In this document: positions 38,483 through 51,905 of the stretch, piece after piece
Layout: each line of letters starts with the position of its first letter
Numbering within the stretch: position 1 is the first letter of the stretch
Origin: Hydrolagus colliei
Taxonomy: Eukaryota
Reading direction: 5' to 3'
Assembly (NCBI GenBank): GCA_035084275.1
Contig: CM068748.1
Coordinates: 9,486,001 to 9,550,000, forward strand
DNA: 64,000 nt
Made by a program: the position numbers and the translations under genes
The notes under the pieces: generated by a model
The model's input: the letters and a program-made list of their open reading frames with translations, nothing else
The model's database searches: none
Told to the model about the DNA's origin: nothing

Positions 38483-41400
38483 CAAATTAAGAATCGAAAA
38501 GATACATTAATTGGATATTTGCTTTTAAATGACTGTATTTAGCCTGATTATAATTCAGGTTAAATAGAATGAGAATGAAATTGCAATACTTTTTCTAATT
38601 TGAAAAACCAATATTTTTATGTTAAAATGAACAGTTTATATCATAGAGAAGAGGCAAACATGTATATAACTGAATACTGCAAGATCTAAAAATAATGGAG
38701 CATTAGAATCTCCCATTACTAGAGACTTTGTTTTATGTTTTTACTCTTATATCCAAATTCAGAATAATTAGGCTGTTAGTAGAATATCACTTTCAAAAAC
38801 ATGTGTGATGAGAGGCATGCCTACATCCTGGAAAAAGAACCCAAATCTTCAGATCCCGTCTGTAATAATTAGTTATCGCAGCAATTATACAGAGAATAAA
38901 CAATGCCTGGTATTGATATGCACGGTTGTAATACACTAGTGGGATTCAGATTACATAATAAAATATGAAAGCCAAGCTCTCACAGTTGCACAAACCCTAG
39001 AGTATTTTAAACCTTTGAACATGTTCTCAAGCTTCATTAGTTGGATTCTAAGCTTGTTTACCTTTCCTGACCATCCTGGTGTGTAATCTCCATTCCAGTT
39101 GCCCACTGCTGTTCCTCTGTGTTCCCTGTTTTACTGCGAATCACATTGTAGGAATGGAGTATTTTATCATGGTATCTTATCAGGTTCATAATGGAATTAA
39201 TTGATAAGAAGTAGATGCAGTAAGACTTCATTGACAAAGTCTAAGCATCTACAGTATATATGAAAAACAGCTTGAGTCAGGTAACTAATACTGAAATTAC
39301 ATTGTGAGCTTGCAGATTACTGAGTATAGAAACAGTTTGTCATTATTATCAAATCAACCTGAGATACTATCCTTCATGAAGGGTGAGTTATTTGTCTTTC
39401 TAAGTCTACAGTTTGCATTGCTCTACAGTTTGCAACTGGTGTTTTTTTTTATAGTTCAGCATTTCCACTATTCTGCTAGTCTTCGCTATTATTAAAGTTA
39501 CAGTTCAGCAATATTAGTTGTTTTGACCTGAATCATATGATGTGAGCCCTTGATTCTGTCTGTGAATGTCAATGATGACTTACTAAAGGCAGCAACCAAA
39601 TCAATTTTGATCAATTCTCTTTTTGGAACTGTTTTTCTGTGAACCATCTTACAAGTTTGAATTGATTAATTTCACAGCTAACAATGATTTATACCTATCC
39701 AATTTTACAGCTGCCATAATATGCACAGAGCCTATTACTGTTACTATTCATGAAATGTCAATGCAAAAGAGAATTACAGGGCAATGTGACAAGGACACAG
39801 CTGTTGCTGTATAATAAGTTTAGACATCAACAAAATAACAGTTGCTAGGACTGCTAAAACAGTCATTTTCACCATCCCAGCTTCTATTCTTGAAATGTTG
39901 CACGATCTGAAAAACAAAATAATGGTATGATGTGTAATGTCAGCATTCTTAGAATAATAGCTTGAAGAAGGTTTATGACTAGGGAGAATTTAATGAGAGT
40001 GTGTGAGCTATTTACGTGAGGTAATATATCATGTTTGTTCAGCTGTTCTCATGGTTAACTGCCTTACCAGAAAAATAAGTTTTTTTTAAATAAAAAAATT
40101 CCATCAGTACATTGCGTGAATAAAATCATTCTCAATAAAACATAATTATATGAAGGAAATATTATAACTTGGAAACATTCCAGATTTAATGTTTACACCT
40201 CAAGAGAATTTGACCATAGCTTTCTTGCAACTCAATGTGGTTGGAAAATTAGACCATATCAAATTCTTCAAATCTGCATGCAAAAGAAGCAAATACAAAG
40301 TGAACATAAACAGTTTGGGAATTGTGTTCAGCTGTTGTTTTCATTGTATCCCCGCCAGTAAGTGTTTAGACTGTTTCCTCTGGTTTCCAGATAAAGTGCT
40401 TAACAAAAGATTGTATTCTTATTTACTCAAAAAAACTGAAACAAAACTAATCCTTCAGCTTGAACACAGAATAGGTCCTATCTTTAAATGTTGGAGTGAC
40501 CTTTGAATGCCCATTCCTCTTCCCACTCCCTCCCTTCTCACAAAAATAAAATAAATTAAGATATTTCCCACAGCCAAACAGCAAATTTAGATTCTTGAAA
40601 TTCTCTTGATATATATATATAGAATTTCAATCCCATTACTGGATGTAATGAATATAGGGAAACAATTTGTAAAATTGAATGTTGTACATTGTCCTGCACC
40701 ATTACAAGCTTACTATAGAGACATGTCCTCCGTATTAACAGTAAACGGAAGTCTATGCACTAAGTGCCAGTGTTCCAGACTGTGTTTTTTAAGCTTAACT
40801 CAAATCCCCAGGGTATCCCAGTGTACGGTCTTGTAAGTTTTCCCTTTGCCTGTTTTGTTGGTAAAATTTATGATCTGCCCAGCATCAGAGATGCAGCAGC
40901 AGATTGGCTCAGATAAAAATTGATAGCCTGGAACAACCAAATCTTGTGTTTTGATTCTGATTTTACCTTAGTCATGACTCTCCAGATACAAGGAACATTT
41001 CATTCTAGATTTCCTGCTGTTGGCAGAAGGCCCCTGACCAGCTGTGTTAAATGTATTTTTACTCTTGTCTCACTGCCAGCTGCTGAGCTCTGTGAAAAAT
41101 AAAATAAAATTAAATGTTTCAGTCCCAGCTGAACAGTTAAAAGAGATTCAAAAGGAAATTGTAGCCACAGTACTTAATTGCTAACAAACAAATCTGTTTT
41201 TGAAGATAGTTTTGTATTTCAAAAGAAAGAGGAGGAGTCAGTTTCAGAAAAACTCCATAGATAGGAAAGTGGAAAGAATGTGAGATCATTAATCTTGTTG
41301 GGCATCATCTTGCTGAATTTAAAATTTCCATTTTGGTCCAGACTAGGATCAGCATAAGAATGTTCACACGATACAAGAATTTTTATTGTATGACCTCAAA

Positions 41401-42845
41401 TCAATTAAATCACATCATATTGCAAGAATAACATCATTGTTTCCAGGAGTGGTAACTTTTTTTTTAATATGAATAGCCAATCCACTGGATAGAAATAGCT
41501 TTGTATACACTGCCTATGGCAGTTGAGAAGAGGGAAAAACAGAATCGACGCAACAGGAAGCACTTAACAGCTTATTTAACACAAGTTTTGCTGCATTGTC
41601 CACTGCTATAAATGTTATTCCATTAATTATATGTAGCTTCACATTGTGCAAAAGGATGTTTTCGCTACTTAATTCCCATATTTGTTTATCATCCCTTGGG
41701 TTCCACAAGGAATATTTCTGCATTTCAGTATGGTTTAGCATTGTTCTTAGAAGTCTCCTTTTTAGCATTAAAAATGTATTAGATTTCCTTCCAAAATAAA
41801 ATGTACAAAGACGAGCATCAGGGTTTAATCTAAGCAATCATACATTGTAAAAAAAAGATCACACAGGATTAATCTATGGTAGATCATTGTAAGAAATATT
41901 GTTTTTTGCAATTCACATTTAATAGAACATAATGCGAGCCAAATTGCTATCCAGTGCATTAATGTGTTATTCATTATATAAACGTTACTACACCATTACT
42001 GCAGGGACCAGGAATTTGGCTGATCCTCATTATTTTGATATCAGTGTGCATTTCCAGTGCATAGAAAGACCTTTTCCAGTTTTAGCAGCTGTAACATATT
42101 TAAACATTCTTTGTAATGGCATCTAATGATAAATATACCCTGTGGTCTTCTACTGAAGCATTAATGCTGGCACATTGCCATTTTACTGCCAGTAAAGGCT
42201 AGTTCATGCCCCTGTGCACATAGAATGCGAATATCTAAGATGATCATTTTTGTGCCTTAGCAATAAAATATTTACTGGATGACATCTTTAGCTTTTACAA
42301 ATTAGAAAAAGATTAATGCTTTTTACAGATTAAATACTGTTTTAGTGTGCAGTTATTTATAATTAAACCGCGTAACATTGTTTGATTAGAAAATAGATTT
42401 TGATCGTTGGAACACAGTGAATATATATAATATATATATAATTGCTTCAGTCTAACTTTAATCCCTGTTAGGTTTATTAATCACTGCAATCCTTGGATGC
42501 CAAATAAAACTTTACTGCAGTTCCATCCCCTTTCTTAATTATATTTTACTTTCTTCACAAACGATAAAAGGACTGAAAAGGACCATACAAAATACCTCTT
42601 GTGGTCTCAGTTATTGATTTTCACCATCACTTGCCTCCCAGTGAGCAGAACCAGGAAACCGCAGAGAATGTGAAGTATTTTACAAGCTCTGCTTAGTCAA
42701 TGCAGCCTGATGTGTTTTTCTGAAAGTAAACCTCCCTCTCTTGGCATTGTTTTAGAATAAAGCATGAGAGGCTGATATTAAGGGTGGCCTAATTATTGCA
42801 ATTTGTGTGGACATTGATAACAAGTAGGTTTTGTGGTTATTACAG

Positions 42846-43044
42846 ACTGATCCTGCCATATGAAAGATACATAAAAGGAGAAGAAGACAAGCCTTTGCCA
42901 CCAGTTAAACCTCGAAAACAGGATAACAGCCCCCCGGAGAGTGAAAGTAAAATGAAGGTGGCTGGAACAAAACGCAAAATTGAACAAAACAGAAAAGGCA
43001 AGAAAGAAAAAGAAACCGCTCAGAAAATCAAGGATTCCTCTGGG
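42846..43044 (+). CDS. ARID5B: ARID5B coding exon (exon 9 equivalent), end of the ARID domain plus a basic region
   Basis: Acceptor ttattacAG, donor GGG|gttagt. Translates (R)LILPYERYIKGEEDKPLPPVKPRKQ...KIKDSSG. 199 nt, phase 2 to 0. Confidence 0.95.
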
Positions 43045-44559
43045 GTTAGTAATCTTTCCATTTTAGTTCTTTAAAACTGTTTAACAGGCTTATGCAGCAG
43101 AATTGTTAATAAGTATGAGTTTCGTTCCTTGAAAAAAAAGCTGAGTGTTGCAGTGATTAGGGAAATAAAAGTTACTTAATGGAACATTAGATTTTTACCA
43201 ATTCGTGATCCGAGCCCACATAACTCATAAACTGTTATGTCATCAGTTTTGAAAATGTTATCTCAGTCTCCACAGATTATTCAATTTTTACAACAAAGAA
43301 CTGAGAAATTGAATGATATCTGCATTGTAACATTAATTCACCATTTATCTTCCCGATGAATAAAAGAAATATAAGGACACTTCATGCTGTATCTCCGATT
43401 GCCCGTGCCATCACGGTGCCAACGCTTGATAAATGTCTCCCCTGTGTAATTTGATACTTGTTATTGCCATTGACTAATGGCACGTTTCATGTAACTTTGC
43501 GAGAGTTTGTATTGCATCAGTAATATCTGGTTAACTTCCATGTTATATTATTCAAGGAGTACCTAGTCTCATCAAAACTAATGTTGGTGGGAGGCAACAT
43601 TTTCCATTCCAATTCAAAACAGGTCATTTGAAAGTCTGCAGCATGCAAAGTACATGGAATAATTCAATTTAGTTAGACTGCAACTAAGAGCAGAATGTTT
43701 ATTTGGTTATCCGATCCTCTTGATTACCTTCGGTCTTTCATTCTCTGACAACATGAATGGATGGGAAGCTGTTCCTGGGGCAGAGGGTTGGAGGGAGGTT
43801 GTTTAGGTCTGGAAGAATTGCACAACAAATAATTGCTTTTTTGCACTGATGCTCCCACCTAGTGGTTCGGCTCAGAGCTGACAAAGGTTCATTAGTGGGC
43901 CTGAATGTTCAGATCAATTCAAATTTTAGATTCACACAGTTCAGATGTAAGGTGTGAACTGATCTTATCTGGCGCACAATTGGAACAAGCTTCCTCTAGA
44001 CACAAACTGCCAGTGTCTTGGACTAATTGCTAACACTACCGTCAGGGATCAATCTGTTTCCTCCCTCCAATATGTTGCCAAGGATTCAGATGCATATCCA
44101 GCACTTAGCCCATCAGAGATCAAAGGCATTTCCTCATTTGCCATTGGACTTTCGGGGAAAATGTCACAAACCATTGAAACATGACCCTCACATCACTGTA
44201 GTACTGAAGCTGATTTTCCATGCCTATAAAATTCAGGTCAGTGAACAAGACATCCTAGACTAGTACAAAACATAGTATCCTTCCCCCCCACCCCTCCCAC
44301 CACCACATACACTCCCAATGGCACGCAAGCATCAATCCGATGGATATTCAAGACATCCCATGATTACAAATATATTATTTGCCTGTAAAAGATTAATGCA
44401 TACGCAAAACACTGTGCCACTCAGATTCAGATGAAGTGACCCCTGAACCTATGTCCTTTTTTTCTCCTATTTAGGCACATCTGAAAACTTTGTTCTGAGT
44501 TTTTTTCAATCCCATTTAAAATCTGATACACATACCATAAGCTTTCCGCTGAGACATCT

Positions 44560-44955
44560 GTCTTCTAGCCTGAAGAGCCCCAAACTGTTTAATAGTTACT
44601 CGTACCTTATTTCTCAAATACTGGAGATCATTCTTGTTGTTTCCTCTTGCGTTGCAGCAACAAGAGCTGTACACAATACTCTAGCTGCAGTCTATCTAGA
44701 GCACTGCACAGCTTGACTATGACTTATGTGGATCTAAACTCAATTGATTTGGCAATATTGCCCGGCATCCTGTTGCCTTGTATATTGCTGCCTCACACTG
44801 TTTTAGTCCAGAAAGCTTTGAGACAAGTAACATTCCTAGGTCACCTTGACAAGTGACCATGGAGTACATGCGCCTCCCATTTTTACTTCCTATATGCAGT
44901 ACCTTGCATTGCATTGTTCTGCATTGAATTTAATTTGCCATTCATCAGCCCTTGT
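44560..44955 (-). mobile_element. Degenerate CR1 LINE ORF2 fragment
   Basis: Minus strand gives WQIKFN, then CKVLHIGSKN...DLGML...QCEAAIYKA, the CR1 region following the RT domain. Confidence 0.75.
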
Positions 44956-47900
44956 GTCTCCCAAACTGGTCCATATAAATGGCATGACCTTGATGCCCAG
45001 TTGGTGATGCCTCTTTCACACAGGGTTTGGAATTGCATAAGTATCATTTGCTGTTGTTGTCAAATGCCTTTTGGAAATCTAGATTTACTAGGTCATAATG
45101 CTTCCAAACTTTATGCGCTCTGAGGCGCTACCCTGGCTGGAGGGTGCTTTACAAGTGTAAGTTGTTGGTGTAAGTACTCTTGTCTTTCTCGACAAAATAG
45201 GTTGAAATTGTGTGAAATCCTCCACCCTATCTCCTTCCCCTTATCACAAATTCAAAAAATAGTAAAACAAATTTTTACAGTGGCTGTAGCACTGTAGCAG
45301 TGGCTGATACTAATTGCCATGTCACTGTGGGTGTTTTAAGGCAGTATATTAAAACTTCTGCTTTATTTATGTAAAGGATCCCCCCAACCCCGACAACCCC
45401 CCTCCACACACATACAAAGGAACACTTCTGGCAAACATAAAATAATACAATTACCTCTACTCCACTTTGTGATTTAAATATAATTCTGTGCTCAACTCTT
45501 GTTAGAACTTTGTCTACAATAAGAGCTTAAATCCCATACATGACAGTATGAATAAAACCAACTGCTATGTACTTGGGCAACACCTGGAATGGTTCTGTAA
45601 ATGTGTAATACATACATTTAGTGTGTCTAAATTTATGTAGTGTACACACACATACACGTATATTATCAATCAGTCTGGATTTATTCATGTTAAACACTAG
45701 CTCCTGTTTAAACAGAGGTGAATGTTGTATCAATTTCAGTTAATTCATATCAGATCCAGAGAGAGCTTTTTCCAGGCAGGAACAGAGGTGACTATTTAAC
45801 AGTGCAGAATATATTTGACTCTTATGTGGTTTGCTCATCTGTCTGGTATTTTTCATGCAATTTCATAGGCCCAAGAGAATGTGAATAATATTCTGGAGAA
45901 GACTAGAATAATCACATTTTGACCGACATCTACCCTTTCATGTCATTTAAAATTGGCTGAAAGAATCCTTGAAACTCAGACTGATGTAAAGTCAAAAGCT
46001 CGGAATTGCTCTTCTTCAATTATATAATTTACATTTTACTTCAACGCTTTAGTAGTGGGCACTTTGGAAGTAATTTGGGATCTCACAAAAGCAGGTCTGC
46101 TATTTTAAGGATACAGTTTTATTCTGAGGGGGCCAAGCAACTTATATTGTAGTAGTAAGAGGATACATACATGTTCCAGAAACAGTGGAGTGCTAATAAC
46201 AACCACTTCCTTTTGTCAAAGGAAAAAATGTACTAATAAGAATTCAATATTTTCCAGAGGGAAATTCCATTAAAATACATCTTGCTGTCCAAATCTTATT
46301 GGAGCTTTTATCTTTTTACCATTCACTGAGTATATAAGAATCCTAATACATTGAAATACTTGGCTTCCAATATTCTTCAGCAAAGAATCCTTTTACACAA
46401 ATCAAGCTACTCCTAAAGGAATGAAATGTAGTTTTAGTCTGCTACAGATGTATTGTAGAAATCAGTGCCAGTTTGGTGAAGTGGTGTGCTGGCATATTTG
46501 CACACTGAACTTCAGGTGAACAGAATGGGTCATCCTTTTATGATTCTACATGCATTCAGTCCAAGTGCAGGATTCACAAGTGAGTGACTTTATCGGGAGA
46601 TAATAAGGAAAATTCAAGACTGTGTTGATATTTGCCACTCTGGCACAGCGTAGTAACAGAATGGTGTGTGCTACAGGGGAAATTGGAAATATATGGAGAC
46701 AAATGTACAACCAGAGTTACAAACTAGATTTACAAATAGATATACAGTACTTCAGTTGAGATTTAGAACTCAGAATGAGGGTTCTCTTAATGTGCCACTA
46801 ATCTTGACAATTTACTTAGAAGAAAATGAAATTCTTGGACAATGCTGCCATTTAGAGTGAATAAAGACATGTTGCCACAGACTGACAACAAACTTAAAAA
46901 GGCCTGTCAGTCAACACTGATACAGATAGAGAGTTGCTCTGACCTCTAGGGTCAGAGTTCAATATTCAACACATTGGTATCAATGGGGATAATTATGCTC
47001 ACAAGTCACATTGCTAGAAATTTGAATTACACTCTGCACAGTCAGATCACTGTGGAGAATGTTACAGTGATAAACAGCAATTTTGTGCTATTCATTTAGG
47101 AACCTCTGGCCAAACACTATGTGATTTTAAAACTTTTGCATTCAAAGTTGTAATTAACTACTTTGTAGATTAAACTAGTTATCAAAATAATGTTGGCGTT
47201 CACTTAAGATGATTCAATTGATTTAGAATTTAATCTAGTCTTGTTACCTAGGGAACGAGAATAGCTTGCAACAGGGGGGTGTAGTACACGGGGTGGGGGA
47301 AATCAATCTGAAGTAATTTAGAAAGTCAAGTTAGGCCACAGGTTGTTACATCAAGCAACACACAATCCCAGCCATTTTCTGAAAAACAATGGATCAATGC
47401 TCACTTCTATTCATTAGTAAGCTTTCCTGTCTGGCTTTGTATTTTCTGTTGTTACCACCAACGGCCATTGCAGCTGCCAAGTATTCTGATGTGGTTTTAT
47501 GTCAGGTGACAGGAAAAAAAAAGGATTTTACAAGAAAAGTAAATGTGTATTATCATCAAGTGAACTGTTTTACTTTTTTTAAAAAAATACTGAGTTTTAC
47601 TAGTTTCCTTTTTGGCTTATATATTGACCACAGATATTGCTTCTGTTTCATTAAACTAAGTATCAGAATCAAATACCAGAGTAGTTTGTTTTTCCTGGAT
47701 TGTTTCATGAATGCGTTAATTCAACAGGGACTTATTCCAGTGGAAGATCATAATGTAAACCTAACCTCATTTTATTCTCAGTGCAGATTTTCTTCCTGTT
47801 TAAAAAGAGTCCTGAATCATATCCTTTCTTGCTTTCTATAATAATAGCTCATGTTATTAGGCATTGATGTTTTTTTCATAGCAAGACTGTCCTACAGTGA

Positions 47901-48559
47901 ATATTTAAATTAGTTGAACAGATCAAAAAAACATTGTAAGAAGAGCTGGGAAGCTTGCCAGGAATTTTAACGTCTGTTTTTATGTGGTTTCAGTTAGATT
48001 ATCTGCTGCAAGATGCAGAATCTCTTGGCATATAAAAATGGATTTAAAAAAAAGGTTTAACATTTTAAGAACTCTGATGATTTTAATATCCTTCACATAC
48101 AGTTTGATAAACAAGGTTTTAGTCTTATGTAAGTGCAGTATTTCTGGGTAGTAAAATTGAGAAAGCTGGATAGCCGGAGGGGATCACAAGCAAGAGTCTT
48201 ACCAAATGGTTCAGATTAAGTCATAAATTAAGAGAGCAAAGCTCGGGTGGTTTATAACTATCATCTAACTCTTAAAATTAGATAACAGTTTGGGATCATT
48301 TCTCTCTATAATTTGGTGTTTTAAAAATTAATCTTTACGTTTGTAATTTTATGTGAAGATATTCTATTTGAATCACTGTTATATATTATCAAAGACAGTT
48401 AACATTACATTAATAAAAAATATATATGTTTTATACTGTTTATACTTCACAATCACTTGCTACAATCAAGGGTCCAGGAAATAATGGTTAACTCATCGAT
48501 TTCAATGGCAGCACAATTAAAAGCAAACAGAGTATAGCCTTCACCATAAAATAAAACAT

Positions 48560-48795
48560 ACCAGCTCAAGAAGCTTAATCTCGAGTTCAGGAAGAAGCCA
48601 GTTTAAGGGGGAGGATATCGAGGTATATAATTTCTTAAATTGCATTTTGGTAAACGTGGAATATTTCCAGGAAAATAGGAATATGGAACATGCATTTAGA
48701 ATATTTGAAGTGTTTTTTCTTAATGTTTGGAACAGTCTGCATAGTAGGATAATAGAGGCCAAAAAAAAGTCACTCAAAAAATAACTGAACTGGGT
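48560..48795 (+). mobile_element. Highly degenerate CR1 ORF2 C-terminal fragment
   Basis: Remnants of LKKLNL, LRG.DIEVY and NVWNSL..RIIEA motifs. Confidence 0.5.
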
Positions 48796-49694
48796 GAGAG
48801 GGGTAGCAGAAAAATAAGCTTTGGTAGGCAAATTGTCTCTTCTCACCCATTGGAATCATGTTTTTACGAGTGAGTAATAACAAATGTTTTTCCGTTGTAA
48901 TTGAGTTGGTGATAAAATAATTACATAATTATAAAAAAGCAGACTGCCTGGCACAACTGTTCAATCTGGTAAACATTAAAAGTTATCTTCCTGAATATCG
49001 TAGCAAATGAATGAGAAGAATATACATGACATAGAAAGCTAAATGTTTAATGTCTGATCAATGAAAGCCATCGTTTATATTTGCATGTGCTCCAACAAAG
49101 TACAGTAGTACAGAAATACCAATCAATCTTTTAAATCTTCTTTTTGTTGTTTCGTTCCCTGATCTGTCCAGGCCACACACATCCGGCAGCCAGACTGCTC
49201 CACATGTGCCAAAATCCCTGTGAGCTAGTCACTGGGAAACATCCCAGGGAGACATTCTCTTCCAATTTTCTCTTCCCAACCCAATGAGGAGGGTTATCCT
49301 CTGCTTGGGACCTCTTAACAACCGTACATCTAAGATTGTGGGTGGATCAAGTTTATCTCCTCAAAAATGCCAGTAATGCACTGCTCTCAAATTTCCGTAC
49401 TGTATACAGTACATCTAAAATACAGGATTTGTTCATGTAATTATTTTAATTCCACAATTTAATGACATTATTGTAAAAGTGCCAATGAATAAATAGTATA
49501 GTGCAATGAAAATGTCTCACTTTACATTAATCTGCTGAATTTGAATAGGTCTACAATTCAACAGTTTGCTATGGTTAGATACCCATGTAATTAGTTGCAA
49601 TTATCAAATGTCAGTCCAGACTTGTCATTACTGTAAAGATTATAATATGGACATTTGCCAAGATTAACAGTTGTGTGTTTTTTTTTAAAATCAG

Positions 49695-51905
49695 GTGATT
49701 TTAGCTAGAGAAGGCAGCCAAGAGATTGATAGTCCTAAACATGGTGTGGCTTCGACACAGGAAATGGTAGTGGACCAGTCGCAAAAGGAAACAGGACAAC
49801 AGTGCCACATCTCAGCAGATGTGAAAGGAAGCAGGCTGGAAGAAAAAATGGCATATTTGACCAACAAAGCCAGTAATGATCAATCAAAAGAAAAAAAAGC
49901 TCAACAGCTATTCTTGCCTCCAGGCCCCACAGACCATTCAGGAGATGTTACCACACCAAACCCAAGTGATGGACAGCCTCATCTGGAAACGGAAATCACT
50001 ACAACAACCTGCCAGGAGATTAAATCACCAAAAATTGCAACTGAGACACTTGGAGATGAACTTCAACAAACCTCTACCAACAACATTGATACAGCTGAAA
50101 CATATACCCATGTAGCAACTCAAAATAATGGTCTTGATCAGGGATCAGGTGAAACAACAGAGACTATTGGAAATTGCTCCATTAAGGTTGACCAATCGCC
50201 AAAAGAGGAATTGGAGACCCAGGTTGGGAACAACCAGTTACAAAATGCACATAGACAGCAACAGGTACAGATAGCAAGGGTGGCCACAAACCCCTCTCCA
50301 GAAGCTAATACAGAAAAACAGGAGTTGCTTATTTCCGTAAAGAACGAACCGTCCCCAAGCTACATGCCATTGGTGTACTCCAGAGGAAACCCTGGGATTA
50401 TGTCACCACTGGCCAAGAAAAAGTTATTATCACAGGTCAGTGGAGCTTTGCCCAATAATTATTCTCTTGGAACTCCGCCACCATTAATTAGCAGTAAAAA
50501 ATTTAGTGATAGTGGAGAGGAAATGATTGCAACGGAAGCAAATTTTTTGCAAGGCTCTTCATCAGATACCATGGCCATTAACAGACCTTCTGTGATTCAG
50601 CATGCACATAGTTTTCAGAAAAGACATCCTGATGAGAGAAAATCTTTAAGTGAAGCTTTTCAACATGATGGTTTGAATAAATTGTCAGATTCAGAGCCTG
50701 GTTATCTCTCAAATCATCATCTTAATTCTCTAGACTCATATAAAAGCAGTGTTCCCTACACGTTCTGTTCTGAATCTCAGGACAATGAAAGTTGTGAGAG
50801 AAGATTACCCCAATCGTCACATGTGTCCAGTTTTCTAGCTGACTTCTACTCCTCCCCTCACCTGCACAGTCTTTACAGACATACAGAACACCACCTCAGT
50901 AATGATCAAACATCAAAATATCTTAGCAGTATCCAAAAAGATAAGAGTTCCTCATTTGTACAACATAAAAACCAGGACAAGATGTATTTAAATTATCTTT
51001 CAACTTTGCATCAACAAGAAAAGAGATGTCTACTGAAACCTCCCACTGATGACCAGCCAACTGATTTGAGTCTTCCCAAGCTGAAGAAAACAATATCTAA
51101 GAACTCGGTAAACAATACCCCTTATTTATCATCGCACCCAGAAAATAAACACACACCAATAAGTAGACTGGTGTCCAACAGTGACTGCAAACCTAAGGCT
51201 TGCCGTGTTCCTCCAATGACAATCTCAACTAATAAGAAAACCAGTGAACAAACTGTGCAGCTTCCTGGAAAGTTGGAAGAAGTGGTCAGACCAATAATGA
51301 GCTCCAAAGCTAGTTCGCAAATTATTGGCACCACCAAACCTATCAAAAGAAATCGTGAGGATTTTGATAATGGTAACAATGAAAGCCCTGAGAGAAAGTT
51401 ACGAGCAGTATCACCGTTACTTTCATCAAAAGACATGGCTCTGAAAGAAAAAGCATCTGACCTAGATGGTGAATGCAGTAAAATGTTACCCTCTGGCAGT
51501 ATATTAGAAGGCCACAAGTTCCCAATGCCAACTCCTACTATTTTCCCAGGATTGTATCCTGGAGCTTTTGTGTCTCAGGTCCAAGATATGTGTGATGGTC
51601 TAGGTTCACGGTTTCCAGCTGGATACGCTCATCCCTTACAGTACTTGAAAAACCAGGCAGTGCTGTCACCTCTCATGCAACCACTTGCTATCCATTCCTT
51701 TATGATACCAGCAATGCAGAGACAGATCCTTGCTTCTGGCACAAATCCACAGCTCTATAGACATTTGTCTGGAGCTGCAACACCTGTAGCTGCATCGTAT
51801 GGAGATCTTTTGCAACACAGTCTCTATCCTCTAACTGCTTTGAACCCACAAGCTGCATATTCCTCCTCTCAGATGTCTTCTGTACACCCTAGCACAAAAC
51901 TATAA
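49695..51905 (+). CDS. ARID5B: ARID5B large terminal coding exon (exon 10 equivalent), 736 codons plus TAA
   Basis: Acceptor ttttttaaaatcAG. Contains ARID5B blocks RGNPGIMSPLAKKKLLSQVSGA, NRPSVIQH, FLADFYSSPHLHSLYRHTEHHL, DQPTDLSLPK, HPLQYLKNQ and the C-terminus SSVHPSTKL. Confidence 0.97.
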   Translation: MILAREGSQEIDSPKHGVASTQEMVVDQSQKETGQQCHISADVKGSRLEEKMAYLTNKASNDQSKEKKAQQLFLPPGPTDHSGDVTTPNPSDGQPHLETEITTTTCQEIKSPKIATETLGDELQQTSTNNIDTAETYTHVATQNNGLDQGSGETTETIGNCSIKVDQSPKEELETQVGNNQLQNAHRQQQVQIARVATNPSPEANTEKQELLISVKNEPSPSYMPLVYSRGNPGIMSPLAKKKLLSQVSGALPNNYSLGTPPPLISSKKFSDSGEEMIATEANFLQGSSSDTMAINRPSVIQHAHSFQKRHPDERKSLSEAFQHDGLNKLSDSEPGYLSNHHLNSLDSYKSSVPYTFCSESQDNESCERRLPQSSHVSSFLADFYSSPHLHSLYRHTEHHLSNDQTSKYLSSIQKDKSSSFVQHKNQDKMYLNYLSTLHQQEKRCLLKPPTDDQPTDLSLPKLKKTISKNSVNNTPYLSSHPENKHTPISRLVSNSDCKPKACRVPPMTISTNKKTSEQTVQLPGKLEEVVRPIMSSKASSQIIGTTKPIKRNREDFDNGNNESPERKLRAVSPLLSSKDMALKEKASDLDGECSKMLPSGSILEGHKFPMPTPTIFPGLYPGAFVSQVQDMCDGLGSRFPAGYAHPLQYLKNQAVLSPLMQPLAIHSFMIPAMQRQILASGTNPQLYRHLSGAATPVAASYGDLLQHSLYPLTALNPQAAYSSSQMSSVHPSTKL

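Noticed and set aside
47389-47841. 150-aa intronic ORF
   Set aside because: Rich in F/L/C/S from T-rich sequence, with no recognisable domain; likely a chance ORF.
51122-51531. Antisense ORFs within the terminal ARID5B exon (also 49876-50115 in another frame)
   Set aside because: These are shadow frames of a real coding exon with no independent support.
51894-51905. ARID5B C-terminal TKL as a peroxisomal PTS1 signal
   Set aside because: It is a non-canonical tripeptide on a nuclear DNA-binding protein, with no supporting evidence.
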